NCBI GenBank assembly: GCA_052327205.1 | Contig: CM126207.1 | Location: 249,674,001 to 249,738,000, forward strand | Length of the DNA stretch: 64,000 bases | Direction of reading: 5' to 3' | Origin: Somniosus microcephalus | Taxonomy: Eukaryota | In this document: piece after piece, positions 46,731 through 59,595 of the stretch | Numbering within the stretch: position 1 is the first letter of the stretch | Layout: every line of letters begins with the position of its first letter | The notes under the pieces: model-generated | What the model saw: only the letters and a program-made list of their open reading frames with translations | The model's database searches: none | What the model was told of the DNA's origin: nothing | Program-made: the position numbers and the translations under genes

Positions 46731-49700
46731 GTCATTTGTTATTGTTCATAAAAATTAAATAAGACATCATAACAGAAATTATCACTCAGGTGAAAAGATC
46801 CTTGATATTCACACAGCGTAAATACTCCAGCGCCAGATTTTTTACCAAATACGGTCAAACATAGATGAGGCAATAAATTGTACAAGAATGAAAAATGCAA
46901 TACATGCAATAAATATTACAAAGTACTAAAGTATTAGTGGATGGTTGAGAATTGTTAGCAGTGGTTGATACAAAGGAATAGATAATAAGGTTTTACACAG
47001 TTGCTAAAGAAACTGATCACAGAATACTAGTCGACATCACACACATTGCCGCACTACACAGTTTGTTTGGCTCCCAAAGACACAATCGAGAGAGGGTGCA
47101 CAGTACATGATGTTCTCGATTAATCATATATCTTGCTGAAAATGCAGAAAGAAATTGCAAATTCAGCAAAATATTTTTGGAGACCAATTCAACGTTAAGT
47201 ACACAACAACCTATGCAAACCGATCTCCTTTGGAGAAAGTGCTAAGGAACCAGAGGCAATCAAAAGCTCTCACTATCTTAACTAAAGTATGCTGTATTAT
47301 TGCACAAATCCAGCATCTTATCTTATTTATAGTTTTACTTGAGTGCATTTTTAGTGAATTGACCCTGCAGAATTTTAAACTGATTTTTACCAGATGTCAA
47401 TGTCAGATGAAGTACAAGCAGATTTAAAGGCAACTTTGGATAGTTAAAGGTTTTCATATCAACTATTAAATCGTGGTAGCGATTTCCAGTACTTACTTTT
47501 ATTTCACTTTAAATTTACTAAACTAGTTGTATCTGAGCTCAAGTTAACTAACAAACTGTGTTAAAATATTAAATATGTTGGACGTATGTTAATGAAAACA
47601 AATGGAGTGATATTGTAAGACATCTTGACCAAGAAAGTATTCAAGCTGTAAGGAGCACTTAATAAGGAAACATTTAATTTTAATTTATATGTTCTAGGTT
47701 TCTTTGATGTCACTCCCAGGCGAAGGTTATGGACCTCAACTAAAACAATCTTCAGTCCCAAAATACTTTAAATTGGAGCAATAATTCAACCACAAACTTT
47801 GCCCATACTAATAAACCGACATACTAATCTTCCTTGATAGGATCCATAATTAGTGCTAAATATCATAAATACATTAATAGAAATCTGCACACTTCCATTC
47901 TACTTTTACTAACAATGTGAGTAAGACTAATGGCACTCAGCATCTTCTTTAATGACAGAACGAGCTATTCCTGTAGTTCAACCGTTACCTAAAATCTCCG
48001 TTTTCCCCTAGGTTAAACCCATCTGGACAAATTTGAGTGCAATTTGTATTTTGTTTTGGACTAGATAATATTTATCTTACCATTTCACCGTAAGAGAAAT
48101 AATAAGCAAGACAAAAAGAGCACAGGTTAAGAATAATCTTGGTTTATAATTAAGTTCCTTTGGTTTTAATGTTTCAGCTGTGAACTCTCTGATGGGTCTC
48201 CCTTCAAATAACCATTTGAAGAACTGAAGGGCAGCCCAGTAATTATTCACAAATAGGTTCCATGGGCCTGCAGTATGCATACGAAATCTCACACTTTAAA
48301 TTACGTTACTGTTCATCTATGGGCCCCACCTGTTGGAACTCTTTCTATATAAGATCTGAAATTGTAGGAATAATCAGCTTGAACTATATGTTGGCTGTCT
48401 TTCAGGCAGTGGAATTGCTGACCAACTTACTATGCTACATGCCCAAAATATTTCTAGATTTTATACAACTTGATTGGGGAGAGCAGGGTGAGAACATCCT
48501 GGAAAAAGGTCAATCAGGAAGCTAATTTTGTACAATCAATCATGGTACAGTGATGTATTAGTTATAATAATTGTAGCGTAAAAACTGCATTAATAACAAG
48601 AACTGATTGGAGTGACACACAACAGGGAGGGTTGAACTGCTTTGCAGGGATTCACTCAATTGCAACATTGAGGGCATTATTTCATTCTTAAGGTCCAAGT
48701 CAAAAAAAAAAATCGCCTAATATATTTATGTTTCTTATAATATGTACAGTGCTTTTTCCAGCAAATGTAAAGGGCACAGTGGTATCCGGGAGAGTAGCAC
48801 AGATTTAGGAATATAGCACATGTGCAAGAATCTTGCATAACGGGGCAAGGGTTGAATTTTTAGAATGGGATATGTGCCTTTAAATTAAAATAGAAAGTTC
48901 CATACTTGCTCATTTTATAGACCCTACTATTTCCTGGCAATTAGCTGTTGATTATTAGTCATTTAACTTGCAGTAATTATGCCATAGTGATGAATAATTC
49001 AGTGCAAAGTCACTTTTCAGGATTTTTTGATCATTTTGCCACAGAAACGATTTAGAAAAGAGTTACATGTAAAAGTTCAGTTTTTAAATAAAAGTGTATT
49101 CACACAAGTTATTAAACTGAGATGAAAAGTGGCTAAAATGTTTATGATTTAAAGTATTTTGGGACTGAAAATTGTTTTAGTTGAGGTCCATAACTTTAGC
49201 ATGGGAGTGATTAATTGTGAAAATGTAATTTGCATATCAAAGAAGCTTAGAACATATAAATGAAAATAAAGGGCTAGAAATTCATTATAGCCCAAGAATG
49301 GGCGGTATCTTTAAAAAAGTTTGAGAATTAGCGCCAGGCGCTAATTCTTTAGACTGCACGCAAAATTCATTCTCACTGCTCAAAGAAATGATTGGAGCGC
49401 TAAATCAAGTCTTAAAGGCCGAGCTCAATTGCGTTAAACTCAAAGGGTGGACCAATATTGGGTGCACTCTAATCACAACTCATCATTGCCACAGTCTTTT
49501 CCCAGTAATTAAAGGGGAGGTTCATTGATACTGCAGCACCTCATTCTCAGCATTGCTGACAGTGCAGCTGCCTCAGCAAGGAGAAGCACAACAAGGAGAA
49601 GGAGCCGGAGGACTGAAGCAGGTGTGCTCATGGCAGATCCACCTCAGTCGGATGGTCAGGGTGATTGAATGCTTCAACAAATGCTACATACCACCGTCTG

Positions 49701-50011
49701 TACCACAAGCTTCACACACTGCCCAAAGCACCAGATCCCCAGCACTCACCCACCAACAATCTGTACCTACCAACACTCACACCCACATCTCATGCCTTGC
49801 ACACAATGACAGCTATTCAATTGTGGCAGGCACAAGGGTCATTAGTTATTAGAATGAATGTGATGTGTGATATGTTAATGCATAAATTTATTAATGGAGT
49901 TTGCAATATTTTGTGGTCTCTCTCATTTCACCTTTGCACTCAGGAGGACACTGTGATATGGCATGACACAGGGATGGTATGATGAGCATGTGGTGAGAAA
50001 AAAGGTTTAAG

Positions 50012-50290
50012 TCATCCTGGTGTGAGGCTGAGGTCTGTTCGGAGGAGGTGGCAGAGTTCTGTGACCACCACCTTGGTGATGCAGAGCCATCTAATGCACT
50101 GCTCCTCGCTTAATTGAAGGTAGGAGAAGTGCTGTCGGAAAATCCTTCGAGGGTAAGACAAGGCCTCCTGGTGAGAGCCCTGATGTCCCTCCTCATACCT
50201 CTGTGCACATGTTCCCCTATTTCTCACTGCCTATGCTCCAACCACCATAGATCCTGGAGGGTGAGGTGGCATGCCAGTACAGCCCCCATT
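50012..50290 (-). pseudogene. HARBI1-like transposase N-terminal remnant
   Basis: YPRRIFRQHFSYLQLSEEQCIRWLCITKVVVTELCHLLRTDL. Confidence 0.85.
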
Positions 50291-50339
50291 AATGTTGCCA
50301 AGTGTAGCAGTTTGAAGCTTTGAGCAATAAATGTAGCTA

Positions 50340-50658
50340 CAGGAAACTTTCGATTTACCGGCACCTAAATAACCGGAAATCTCGGTTAACCGGCAAAATT
50401 CAGGAGTAGGTTCAGGTAAGTTTTACTTCATATTGTACTTGCCTTCCACGATCTGTTGCTGTGCAAGGGTGTGGCTGCAGCTGTTGCTAAGCTACAGAGA
50501 CGCTTGGAACTTGTGGCCATTGTTCTGCACTGGGTTTGTTGCTTTATATGGAGCTCTCAGCTCTCCGTATCTTTTACTATAGCTTTCGGTTATCCGGAAT
50601 TTTTGATGAACCGGCACCACGTCGGTCCCGTCGGTGCCGGATAAAAAAAAGTTTCCTG
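50340..50658. mobile_element. Tc1/mariner (pogo/Tigger-like) MITE, copy 2 (unexpanded, 319 bp)
   Basis: TA|CAGGAAACTTTCGATTTACCGGCACC ... GGTGCCGGATAAAAAAAAGTTTCCTG|TA; nested in the Harbinger element. Confidence 0.88.
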
Positions 50659-51386
50659 TACTTTGCACTTGCCAGAAGACTGCGGATACAAAAGCTTGAA
50701 ATTACTCATACAAACTGTTCCACTGGGTGAAACTGACAAGAAACCACTGAAACTAACCTGCCCTGACAGCTGCGAGTGATTAATGCTGATGCCTTTAAAT
50801 ACCATTGCTGGAGCCGGCTTCCTGCAGCTGCAAGCCAGCTCTCCATGTCGCTGTCTGATTGAGGTGCTAAGATAAGTGGTGACAATTAATTTTCCAGTTC
50901 AGGCACCTGGTGAGCGTTGCACGCTCACTGATGTCACAATCTGCCTGGCATTGAAGTCCCCGGCGGTACCTTTTACCGGCAGCGCAACAGGAGGGAGTGG
51001 ATTTGTTGGATGCGCCTCGGCCCAGCACTACTGCATCAGCGCCCCGTTACTGCCTTCTGCAGGTACTAATGGGAGGCGCTAAGCTATCGAATTTCCCCCC
51101 CAAAATGTTTTCTTATTAAGTGCTCCTTACAACTTAAATACTTTTTAAATACTTAAAAGATATTTTACAGTATAACTCCATTTGTTTTCATGATCATACG
51201 TTCAACATATTTAATATTTTTATAGTCATTTAAACTCCTCAATGAGATTAGTGCTTTGCAATCACCCCCTGGAGTCCATTGTATCCTTTATCTTTATCAT
51301 ATTAAAACCTTAACATTTGAAAGCACTTTCCTGTCTACAAAACCTTACTCCCCGTTTGCATGTTTTTGTCAAACATTTGAGTCAAT

Positions 51387-51996
51387 GGCCTAGAAATTCA
51401 GTATAGCCACTTTTGGGGCGGTAAAGTCGGGCGGCCGCTAAAGTTTGCGCCCGGCGCAAAGTCGAGCCCCCTTCGCCGATATTCAGTCGCATCGCCCTAA
51501 GAGGTTGCTGCTGCACTAAAACAGGCGATGCACGACTATCATTAGGCGCTAAGCCGGCGGCCCGGGGCGCTAACACTGGAACAACAACAACAACTCCTCC
51601 TCCTCCTCCTCCTCCTACCTTTGTCTCTCACAAAGAAGGAGTGTTGCAAAACGGCTGCCTTTCCTACTGCAGCAGTGCCCTTTAATTTGCGCTCCCCGTG
51701 GCCCGCATCGGCTGAGCACCGTTCGACTCAACAGTCGCTAGGGCCGCCAGGCGCACAATGGGCCAGCGTGACTGAAGATCCGGTTGGGGGCGCACAAAGG
51801 GCGTTGCACGAGAAAATGACGTCATGATCTGCGCGCGCAGCTGAGCGCGCGCAAAGACTTTGCGCCGGCGCTAAATGTCTACTGAAGTTGGGGCGAGGCG
51901 CAGATCACGCTGCGCCCGGGCGCTAAGCGCCTAGCACTCGACATCTACTCCTCCTAAGGCGCTAACGGCTGGCGCAACCAACTGAATTTCTAGCCC
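51387..51996. mobile_element. CpG-rich PIF/Harbinger MITE with internal (AAC)n(CTC)n microsatellite
   Basis: AAT|GGCCTAGAAATTCAGT ... ACTGAATTTCTAGCCC|AAT; TGACGTCA at 51817-51824. Confidence 0.9.
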
Positions 51997-52475
51997 AATG
52001 TCTTCCATTATAAGTTGCTATGTCCACATACATAATGGAAACTGCCTATATAAACTTAGCACGCTGTAATTACACTCTCCCACCAGTGGTGGCGCTGAAG
52101 CAGCTCAGTTTTACATCTCAATTACTCGGCTTGTACGGCAGAGAAACTCATTTAGTCCATCCAATTCTGCTTTCCCACTTCCCAAATAATCTTCAGTTTT
52201 GCTACTTAACTATGAACAATAATAATATAAAATAGAAGTATTATATAAAATGAGAGAATGTATGACTGTAAGAAAGGGACTGTACGCCCTGGTCCAAGTA
52301 TCCCCCATTCTCTAGCATTGCTTCACCTGAAGACTCCACTTGGCCATGAATCCCTGGAGATTTTATATGTACATTACATTATCTACATTACATTATTTAA
52401 CCCAGTCGTGGCATCGTCACTCTGCATTAATGCCATGAAGCATCCTGGCTATTTATGTCAACAGCCTCAGCCTTC

Positions 52476-52825
52476 ACAACCACTTGTGTGGTGCCTTTAA
52501 TGTAATAAAACTGGAGAACAACAAATACAGGAAGAAGAATTAGGGGAATTGACGGAAAACAAGATTGAACAGATAGGCATTGATCAGGCTTTTGAAGCAG
52601 GGGAAAAGAAGCCACAAAGTGGAGAGGCAGAGTGAAATGTTCCACAGTGTGGGGTTGAAAGGCTGATAGCCTTCCAATTGAAATACAGAAAAGAGAAGGG
52701 AGAATGAAAAGGAGGCCAGAATCAGAAGGGCGGAGGGCATGCACAGGAACATAGGCCTGCAGAGGTAGGAGGGGCACGGCTCTGTAGGGATTTATAGATA
52801 AGGACAAGGAGATTGAAATTGATGA
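52476..52825 (-). mobile_element. Decayed L2 3' fragment
   Basis: Resembles the L2 3' pieces at 1756-2200 and 33931-34356 (peptides ALRPSDSGLL, PTLWN.L). Confidence 0.6.
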
Positions 52826-54175
52826 GTAGAAAATAAGTCAAAATATAATTACCCACAAACTTCACAGCATATATGTGTTAAAAAATCGCTATGTGGAGTG
52901 ATTACCAAGTAGTCGTCTCATTTCAGGACGCTAACAACAGTTATAAAATGATCAAGGTTCACTCACAATGTAGATAATCATCCGTATTCCTTGATGAGAT
53001 TACCAGCTTAACGAATTACCTCTAGGTAAAGAAGTATCGCTTGCATTTATCGAGCACCTTGTGATGTCACTTAGAGCACCTCACATACAACTCTGAAGTT
53101 CAGTGACTCTTTTGCAGGCAAAGCCTGGCTTTTGTTCGTCAAATGGGTTGGTATTCGGAGAGAAGTAGGAGGGAGAAGCATGGGAGGAGAGGAGGATCAG
53201 AAGCATGGAATTGGAGGAAAACAACATTATTTTGTTCACACTATTGTCTTATTTTATCGACATATTATTTTCACTGTCAAGAATAAAGCAGGAAAACATG
53301 TTCCATAATCCGTGGACAGGCAAGTGAGCAATGATGATCTTTTGCACAATAAGATCTGAATTCACAATTATTAGAGTTAGCACAGAATTTATTCCAGCAT
53401 GAGAATTTAGTAATTCATGCAAATTATCAAGATCGTCCTAACTTGTGCAATAAATTCTTTTTTCCTCAAGTACTCTCTTTATTCTTTACATTCTGTTTCA
53501 TTATTTACAAAATAATTCATTCATTTTAAAAGTTCCTTTCATTTAATTATGGTAGGGTAGGAGTGTTAAGCATGCAGAGTTCTTTATTATTTACTCCCAT
53601 AATCATGCAAACCAGCTTTCCTCTCTCCTCAAAGATATTTGGTTGCTGTACTGAAAATTAAAAGGGAATTTAGGTTAAACTATTTAGACTGTTGGACTCC
53701 CACAGGGGAGGAGTAAAACAATTAGCTCCATGACTGAGCAGCTTTTATTTTTTAATTAAACAAATGTTCGTTCATAAAATGGGTTGATTGCAGGGCTAGT
53801 TGGTGTAAGTGAGTACAGCACAACAGCGTGGTAGGGTAAGGGTTTGCAGCTGTGATTCTTAACAGAGTGAGCTCACAATGCTGGATAAGCCATCTGGAGA
53901 GCTTATCCAAGAAGGGGCAGGGAGCGGGAAGGGAAGAAGAAAAAATGGAAGAAGGGTGTAACAAATTGAGCTACTTTGCATGTCTGTGAGTAGCCAATTA
54001 TAGAGTGATATTTGTAAAGGTCAGGGAGCGGGTCACCTGCAGAGGAATGCTGTACCACAGGATGACCTAAAGAACGGAACAAGAATTGCATGTTAACAGC
54101 GAGGAAAACAAGCTTGAAACATAACGCAGTTGTTGCAAAATATTGTTACTGAAGCCACTGCCATATATTGAGTAT

Positions 54176-55900
54176 AAAATAAAAACAGAAAATGCTGGAA
54201 ATACTCAGCTGGTCAGGCAGCATCTGTGGAGAGAGAAACAGAGTTAACCAATGTTTCAGGTCGATGATCTTTTGTCAGAACTGGAAAAAGTTAGAGGTGT
54301 AACAGGTTTTAAGCAAGTGGAGGGGGGAGGGGAGGAAAGAACAAAAGGGAAGGTCTGTGATAGGGTGGAAGGCAGGAGTGATTAAAAGACAAAAGGGATG
54401 ATGGTGCGAGGCAAAAGGAGATGGTAATGGGACAAGTAAAGAAACAAAAGATGGGTCTAGAAGAGGTGTAAATGGGAATGTCAGAATCATCAACAGCTGC
54501 CATCTGAAAAAATAGGGGCCGAGGTTATAGTCTGAAATTGTTGAACTCGATGTTGAGTCCACAAGGCTGTAAAGTGCCTAATCAAAAGATGAGGTGCTGT
54601 TCCTCGAGCTTACGTTGAGCTTCATTGGAACAGTGTAATAGGCCGAGGACGGAGAGGTCAGAGTGGGAGTGCAGCGGAGAATTAAAGTGACAGGCGACCG
54701 GAAGCTCGGGGTCACGCTTACGGACTGAACAGAGGTTTTCCGCAAAGCGATCACCCAATCAGCATTTGGTCTCCCCAATGTAGAGGAGACCGCATCGTGA
54801 GCAGCGAATACAGTATACTAAATTGCAAGAAGTACAAGTAAATCGTTGTTTCACCTGGAAGGAGTGTTTGGGGCCCTGGACAGTGGGAAGGGAGGAGGTA
54901 AAAGGGCAGGTGTTGCATCTCTTGCGTTTGCATGGGAAGGTGCCATGGGAAAGGGAAGGGGTGTTGAGGGTGATTGAGGAGTGGACGAGGGTGTCGCGGA
55001 GGGAGTGGTTCCTTCGGAATGCTGAAAGGGGAGGGAGGGGAAGATGTGTTTGGTGGTGGGATCATGCTGGAGGTGGTGGAAATGGTGGAGGATAATCCGT
55101 TAAATGTGGAGGCTGGTGGGGTGAAAGATGACGATAAGGGTAACCCTATCGTAGTTCTGGGAGGGAGGGGAAGCAGCGAGAGCAGAAGTGCGGGAAATGG
55201 AACGGACACAGTCGAGGGCCGTGTCAACCACAGTAGAGGGGAATCCTTGGTTGAGGGAAATGGAAGAAATATTAGAAGCACTAGTATGGAAGATGGCGTC
55301 GTCAGAACAGATGAGATGGAGAAACTGGGAGAATGGGATAGAGTCCTTACAGTGAGTGGCGTGGGAGGAAGTGTAGTCCAGATAGCTGTGGGAATCAGGG
55401 GGTTATAGTGGATGTTTGTCGATAGCCTAGCCCCAGAAATGGTGACATGGTGACAGAGAAGTCAAGGAAGGGAAGGGAAGAGTTGAAGATGGACCATGTG
55501 AAGGTGAGGAAAGGGTGGAAATTGGAAGCAAAGTGAATGAGCAGGAAATGGCACTGATACAGTCATCAATGTACTGGAAAAAGAGGTGAGGGAGGGTACC
55601 TGAGTAGGACTGGAACAAAGAATGTACCACCTAGCCCACGAAAAGGCAGGCATAGCTAGAACCCATGTGGGTTCCCATAGTAACACCATTAATTTGGAGA
55701 AAGTGTGTGGAGTCAAAGGAGAAGTTGTTCAATGTGAGAACAAGTTCAACCAGGTGGAGGAGGGTGGAGGTGGATGGGGACTGGTTGGGCCTCTGTTCAA
55801 GGAATAAGTGGAGCGCCCTCAGACCATCCTGGTGGGGGATGGAGGTATAGAGGGATTGGACATCCATAGTGAAAAGGAGACGGTTGGGGCCAGGAAACTG
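54176..55900 (-). mobile_element. Penelope-like retroelement (RT + GIY-YIG + pLTR), 5'-truncated and frameshifted
   Basis: MDVQSLYTSIPH, NNFSFDSTHFLQINGVTMGTHMG, FQYIDDC (RT); NLVYCIRCSRCGLLYIGET (GIY-YIG); pLTR at ~54176-54290. Confidence 0.93.
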
Positions 55901-56777
55901 CCATATTATTGAGCTCTTAAGTAAAAGTTGCTGTTCGATTTAGCCTTATCCTCAATGCCAACATTTATGCAATTCACATTTCACTACACACTGGAAATGC
56001 ATGATATTTTTTCTTATAATTCTGAAGTGCTTATTAGTCATAAAAATACATTTTAAATTAGCACTGTGATCAACTATAAAGCTATATTCGGAGCTGCAAC
56101 AGACTACATTGTTTGACTGAACTTGGCATGTGGGGAGTTTCCAGTTTAATTTGTTATTTCATGAAAGTTATTCACTACCAAAGTGGTATAAATATAGAAT
56201 GGGTGATTTAGAGCTAATAGTCACAGAGCACGACAATGGTCATCAATGTGCACACTAAGACAGCTTCACATTTTAAATGTGTGATAATATTCAGAAAATA
56301 ATATAGCATTAGTATAGGTTTAGGAATAAATAATCTCCAGTTGATTACCAATAAATTCACTGTGCAGTGCTTATTGTAGAATATTAATGTACCCACATTT
56401 ATTTTCTCTTCTCTAACTGCCACCTACCATAGTGTATTGTTTTATTTTACTGGCTAAGCAGAACAAATTAACTATGAATCAAAATACTTCACACCCAGTG
56501 CAATGTTAACTCTGAGAATACATCTACAGTGTAACAGTCTATTACAGTTATCCAAAGGACCTACCAGATTTTCCACAATACACGGGTTCTGCTATATCCA
56601 GATCAATTCTCCAAGATCTGACCCCACAGCCATCTCCAGGCCCTGATTCTGGTCCACCTTTCAGGTCCTGACTTCACACCACAGTATCTTCCAACAACAT
56701 TCAGGTAGAATATATAGGCATAATGTAGATAATGGGTGGCTGCAATGTGGAGTGCAAAGGTGACCATTTTATAGAGG

Positions 56778-57919
56778 TGAAGGGGTTAAAAGTTAGATTA
56801 GCGGCTTAACTGACTAGCTGGCTGATGTAATAAAGGAGAAGTTTGGCAGAACAAAGACAGTTGGAAAAAGCATATTACACGATGATTGGGGGAGTAAAAG
56901 AAGGCAAGGAGGCCATACATTGAACAATGGGCCGCCAAGATGTGATTTGCGAAGATGTGGTTAAGCGTACGTAAATTGGATAGAACAATGGCAGATGTGG
57001 AAACAGGGCAAATGAGATAAACAAGATGGCCTAGAAATTGAGTTTGCGCTGCGCCGGGGCTTAACGGCGGAAATTTAGCGCCGGTGCTAAGTCGCGCTGT
57101 GCGCGCCAAAAATTCAGTAGCGCCGCGCCCAAACGGCTGCCGGCGCTACTGAAGGCTGTTTGCGCCTGAAAACTGGCGCTATTCCGGCACCCGATGCGGT
57201 GCGGCAGGCTCGGGAAGTGCAGGCCTCCTCCTTCAGTTAAGGAGGAGCTGCCTGCACCCGCCCGCTGGCCGGTTAAATCGCCACAAAAATGAGCCCGGCA
57301 CCTCGGGGAAGTGCCGGGCTCGCAGCCGAGAAGCATCTGTTCCGCGGGGGGGGGGGTGGGGGAGTCCGGGGAGGGAGGTGCGGGCAGGCGGCCGGCGGGA
57401 AAGCGGCCGGCCGCCGCTCCACCTTTATGCGCCGGCGCAAAGTCGTGCAAGACTCTGTTGCCAGAGTCTTAGTTGCGGCTGCCACGGGCGAGGCGGCCGC
57501 AACTGAATTTCGGCGCTGGGACGCTGCGCACACCGATGACGTCATCGGTGCCGGCGCAGCGCTACCGGTGTAACGCCGATGTTGGGCCCTAGTCAATTTC
57601 AAAACCGGCTGTAAGTCCAGCGCAATGCCCTCTAGCGCCGCAAAATGGGCGCTAAGCCCACTCAATTTCTAGGCCGATGTGCTTTGTGGAGATGTGATTA
57701 CGTGTACGTGACTTGGACAATTAATTGGCCAAGTCCCGGAGATGTGAAGGAAACAAGATGTAAGATTGTATATAAGCCAACTGCTCAAATGTAAAAATTA
57801 GACTCCCATCTCAGCGCGGACTGAGAGGGCCTCTCCCTGCGCGTGCTTGAATAAAGATCGCTTGGAACCAGTGCACGCTCATCTCCGTCTGCTTTGGGGC
57901 AGAAAGAAATACCACAACA
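56778..57919 (+). mobile_element. Solo LTR (ERV1-like) interrupted by a Harbinger MITE
   Basis: GAGG|TGAAGGGG ... CCACAACA|GAGG: 4-bp TSD; TATATAAG at ~57769 and AATAAA at ~57850. Confidence 0.8.
57028..57675. mobile_element. CpG-rich PIF/Harbinger MITE
   Basis: GAT|GGCCTAGAAATTGAG ... CTCAATTTCTAGGCC|GAT; same subfamily as 26059-26755. Confidence 0.93.
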
Positions 57920-58206
57920 GAGGAAATGTACCACCAACTTCTATTGGAACTTACTTAGAACTGTAAAAAGTGGCAACAGTGGGCAGATGACTGCTCCATA
58001 AAAGTTACACGCTACACAATAAAGGTTGCACTGTATGCAGTAAGATAACATGACTGGGTGAATATTGGCATTCTGGCACTTGTATAAGTCTCATGTACAC
58101 CATATTAACACAGACATGATTAGCTAAATCATACAACCATTCATTTGTTTTGAATAATGATTTTTTTTCTCTTACACTGACTTAAATTGTTTTGTTCCAC
58201 CACATT

Positions 58207-58375
58207 GGGGGCCATTTTCAATTTTAATCGCTGGGTGATAAACAGATAACAGTGAATAGGCTGCGTGTTTTACACCTTGCCCGAATGGGAGAGAAAATCG
58301 GGCGAGGTGTAAAACAAGCTGTTGATTTACTGTCACCTTTTTTTCAAGCCAGCGATAAAAGTTAAAATGATTCCC
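58207..58375. mobile_element. Short Harbinger-like MITE
   Basis: ATT|GGGGGCCATTTTCAATTTTAATCGCTGG ... CCAGCGATAAAAGTTAAAATGATTCCC|ATT. Confidence 0.75.
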
Positions 58376-59106
58376 ATTGTTTCCAGCTTTAATTGACTTC
58401 CTTCTCATGCGTTAACTATCTTCTGCTTTATCATTTTTACTCCTTCATTCATCTGTTGCATCAGTTTAAAAAAAAATCATTTTTTATTTGCTCATTTAAA
58501 ATAAATATGTCCTGTAAGTCCTAACCTACACCCATATGATTTACTATTATCTAAGAGAGATGACTGACAGCCAATAGTCTAACATCCTTTAGTTGATTTG
58601 CTACTCTTGAGTTGGTCACTAGAAGCTGTGTGAAAGAAGCCATTGATTTTCTTTTCCTATAGGAAAACGCTTGGCCTCCGCTCTTTGTGTGGGGATATGC
58701 ACTTGTTCTACCACTTTGCCGCACAGTAAACTGAAGCAGGAAGAAATGTGCCAGCTGTATTATACATTAGTGCAAGGATTCAACTGCATTCTAAAATAAA
58801 TCACAAGCTGCACGTTTAAAAAAAGGTGGCCAACATTTATCAGATAAAACTTTTGCTCCACACCTCGTTCCTACTCAAAAATTCATTTTTTACCCTATTT
58901 TCTTTACAATTCTGCTGGCCATGAAGCTCTCCCTGGCAAAGTGTTCTCACAGGTAGCTTCCTGCCAAAGCCTCAACCAGTTCTGATTTTAAGACAATAGC
59001 TAAGGGGTCCAGGGCAGCAAGGATTGGGAGGGGGTGCAATTTGCCATCTGCTTTTGATTTACCTCCTGTGGAAAAGTGTGAAGTCTCTCCTCATGGGATG
59101 GCAGGG

Positions 59107-59595
59107 CTGTTCCTGGGATGGCAGGACTGTCGTATAAAGAGAGATTGGGTCGACTAGGCCTGTATCCACTAGAGTTTAGAAGAATGAGAGGGGACCTCAT
59201 TGAAATGTATAAAATTCTGACAGGGCTAGACAGACTGGATGCAGGGAGAATGTTTCCCCTGGCTGGGGGGGCTCTAGAACGAGGGGTCACAGTCTCAGGA
59301 TACGGGGTAGGACATTTAGGACTGAGATGAGGAGAAATGTCTTCACTCAGAGGGTGGTGAACTTGTGGAATTCTCTACCACAGAAGGCTGTGGAGGCCAA
59401 GTCACTGAATATATTTAAGAAGGAGATAGATAGATTTCTAGACACAAAAGGCATCAAGGGGTATGGGGAGAAAGTGGGAATATGGTATTGAGAAAGAGGA
59501 TCAGCCATGATCATATTGAATGGCGGAGCAGGCTCGAAGGGCCGAATGGCCGACTCCTGCTCCTATTTTTCTATTTTTCTATGTTCTATGTTTCT
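59107..59595 (+). mobile_element. CR1/HER1 LINE 3' end
   Basis: MAGLSYKERLGRLGLYPLEFRRMRGDLIEMYKILTGLDRLDAGRMFPL, then 3' UTR GGCTCGAAGGGCCGAATGGCC and a (TTCTATG)-type tail. Confidence 0.95.

Larger units (their letters stand above)
49271..51101. mobile_element. Internally deleted PIF/Harbinger transposon
   Basis: AAA|GGGCTAGAAATTC ... GAATTTCCCCCCC|AAA; transposase remnant inside; splits the inverted-repeat arm. Confidence 0.85.
47563..51220. repeat. ~210-bp inverted repeat pair (47563-47773 vs 49147-49270 + 51102-51220)
   Basis: For example TTATGGACCTCAACTAAAACAATCTTCAGTCCCAAAATACTTTAAAT is the reverse complement (1 mismatch) of ATTTAAAGTATTTTGGGACTGAAAATTGTTTTAGTTGAGGTCCATAA. The right arm resumes after the Harbinger insertion. 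Confidence 0.9.

Noticed and set aside
54176-55900. Active Penelope element or novel RT-endonuclease system
   Set aside because: Known element class; this copy is 5'-truncated with multiple frameshifts and stops.
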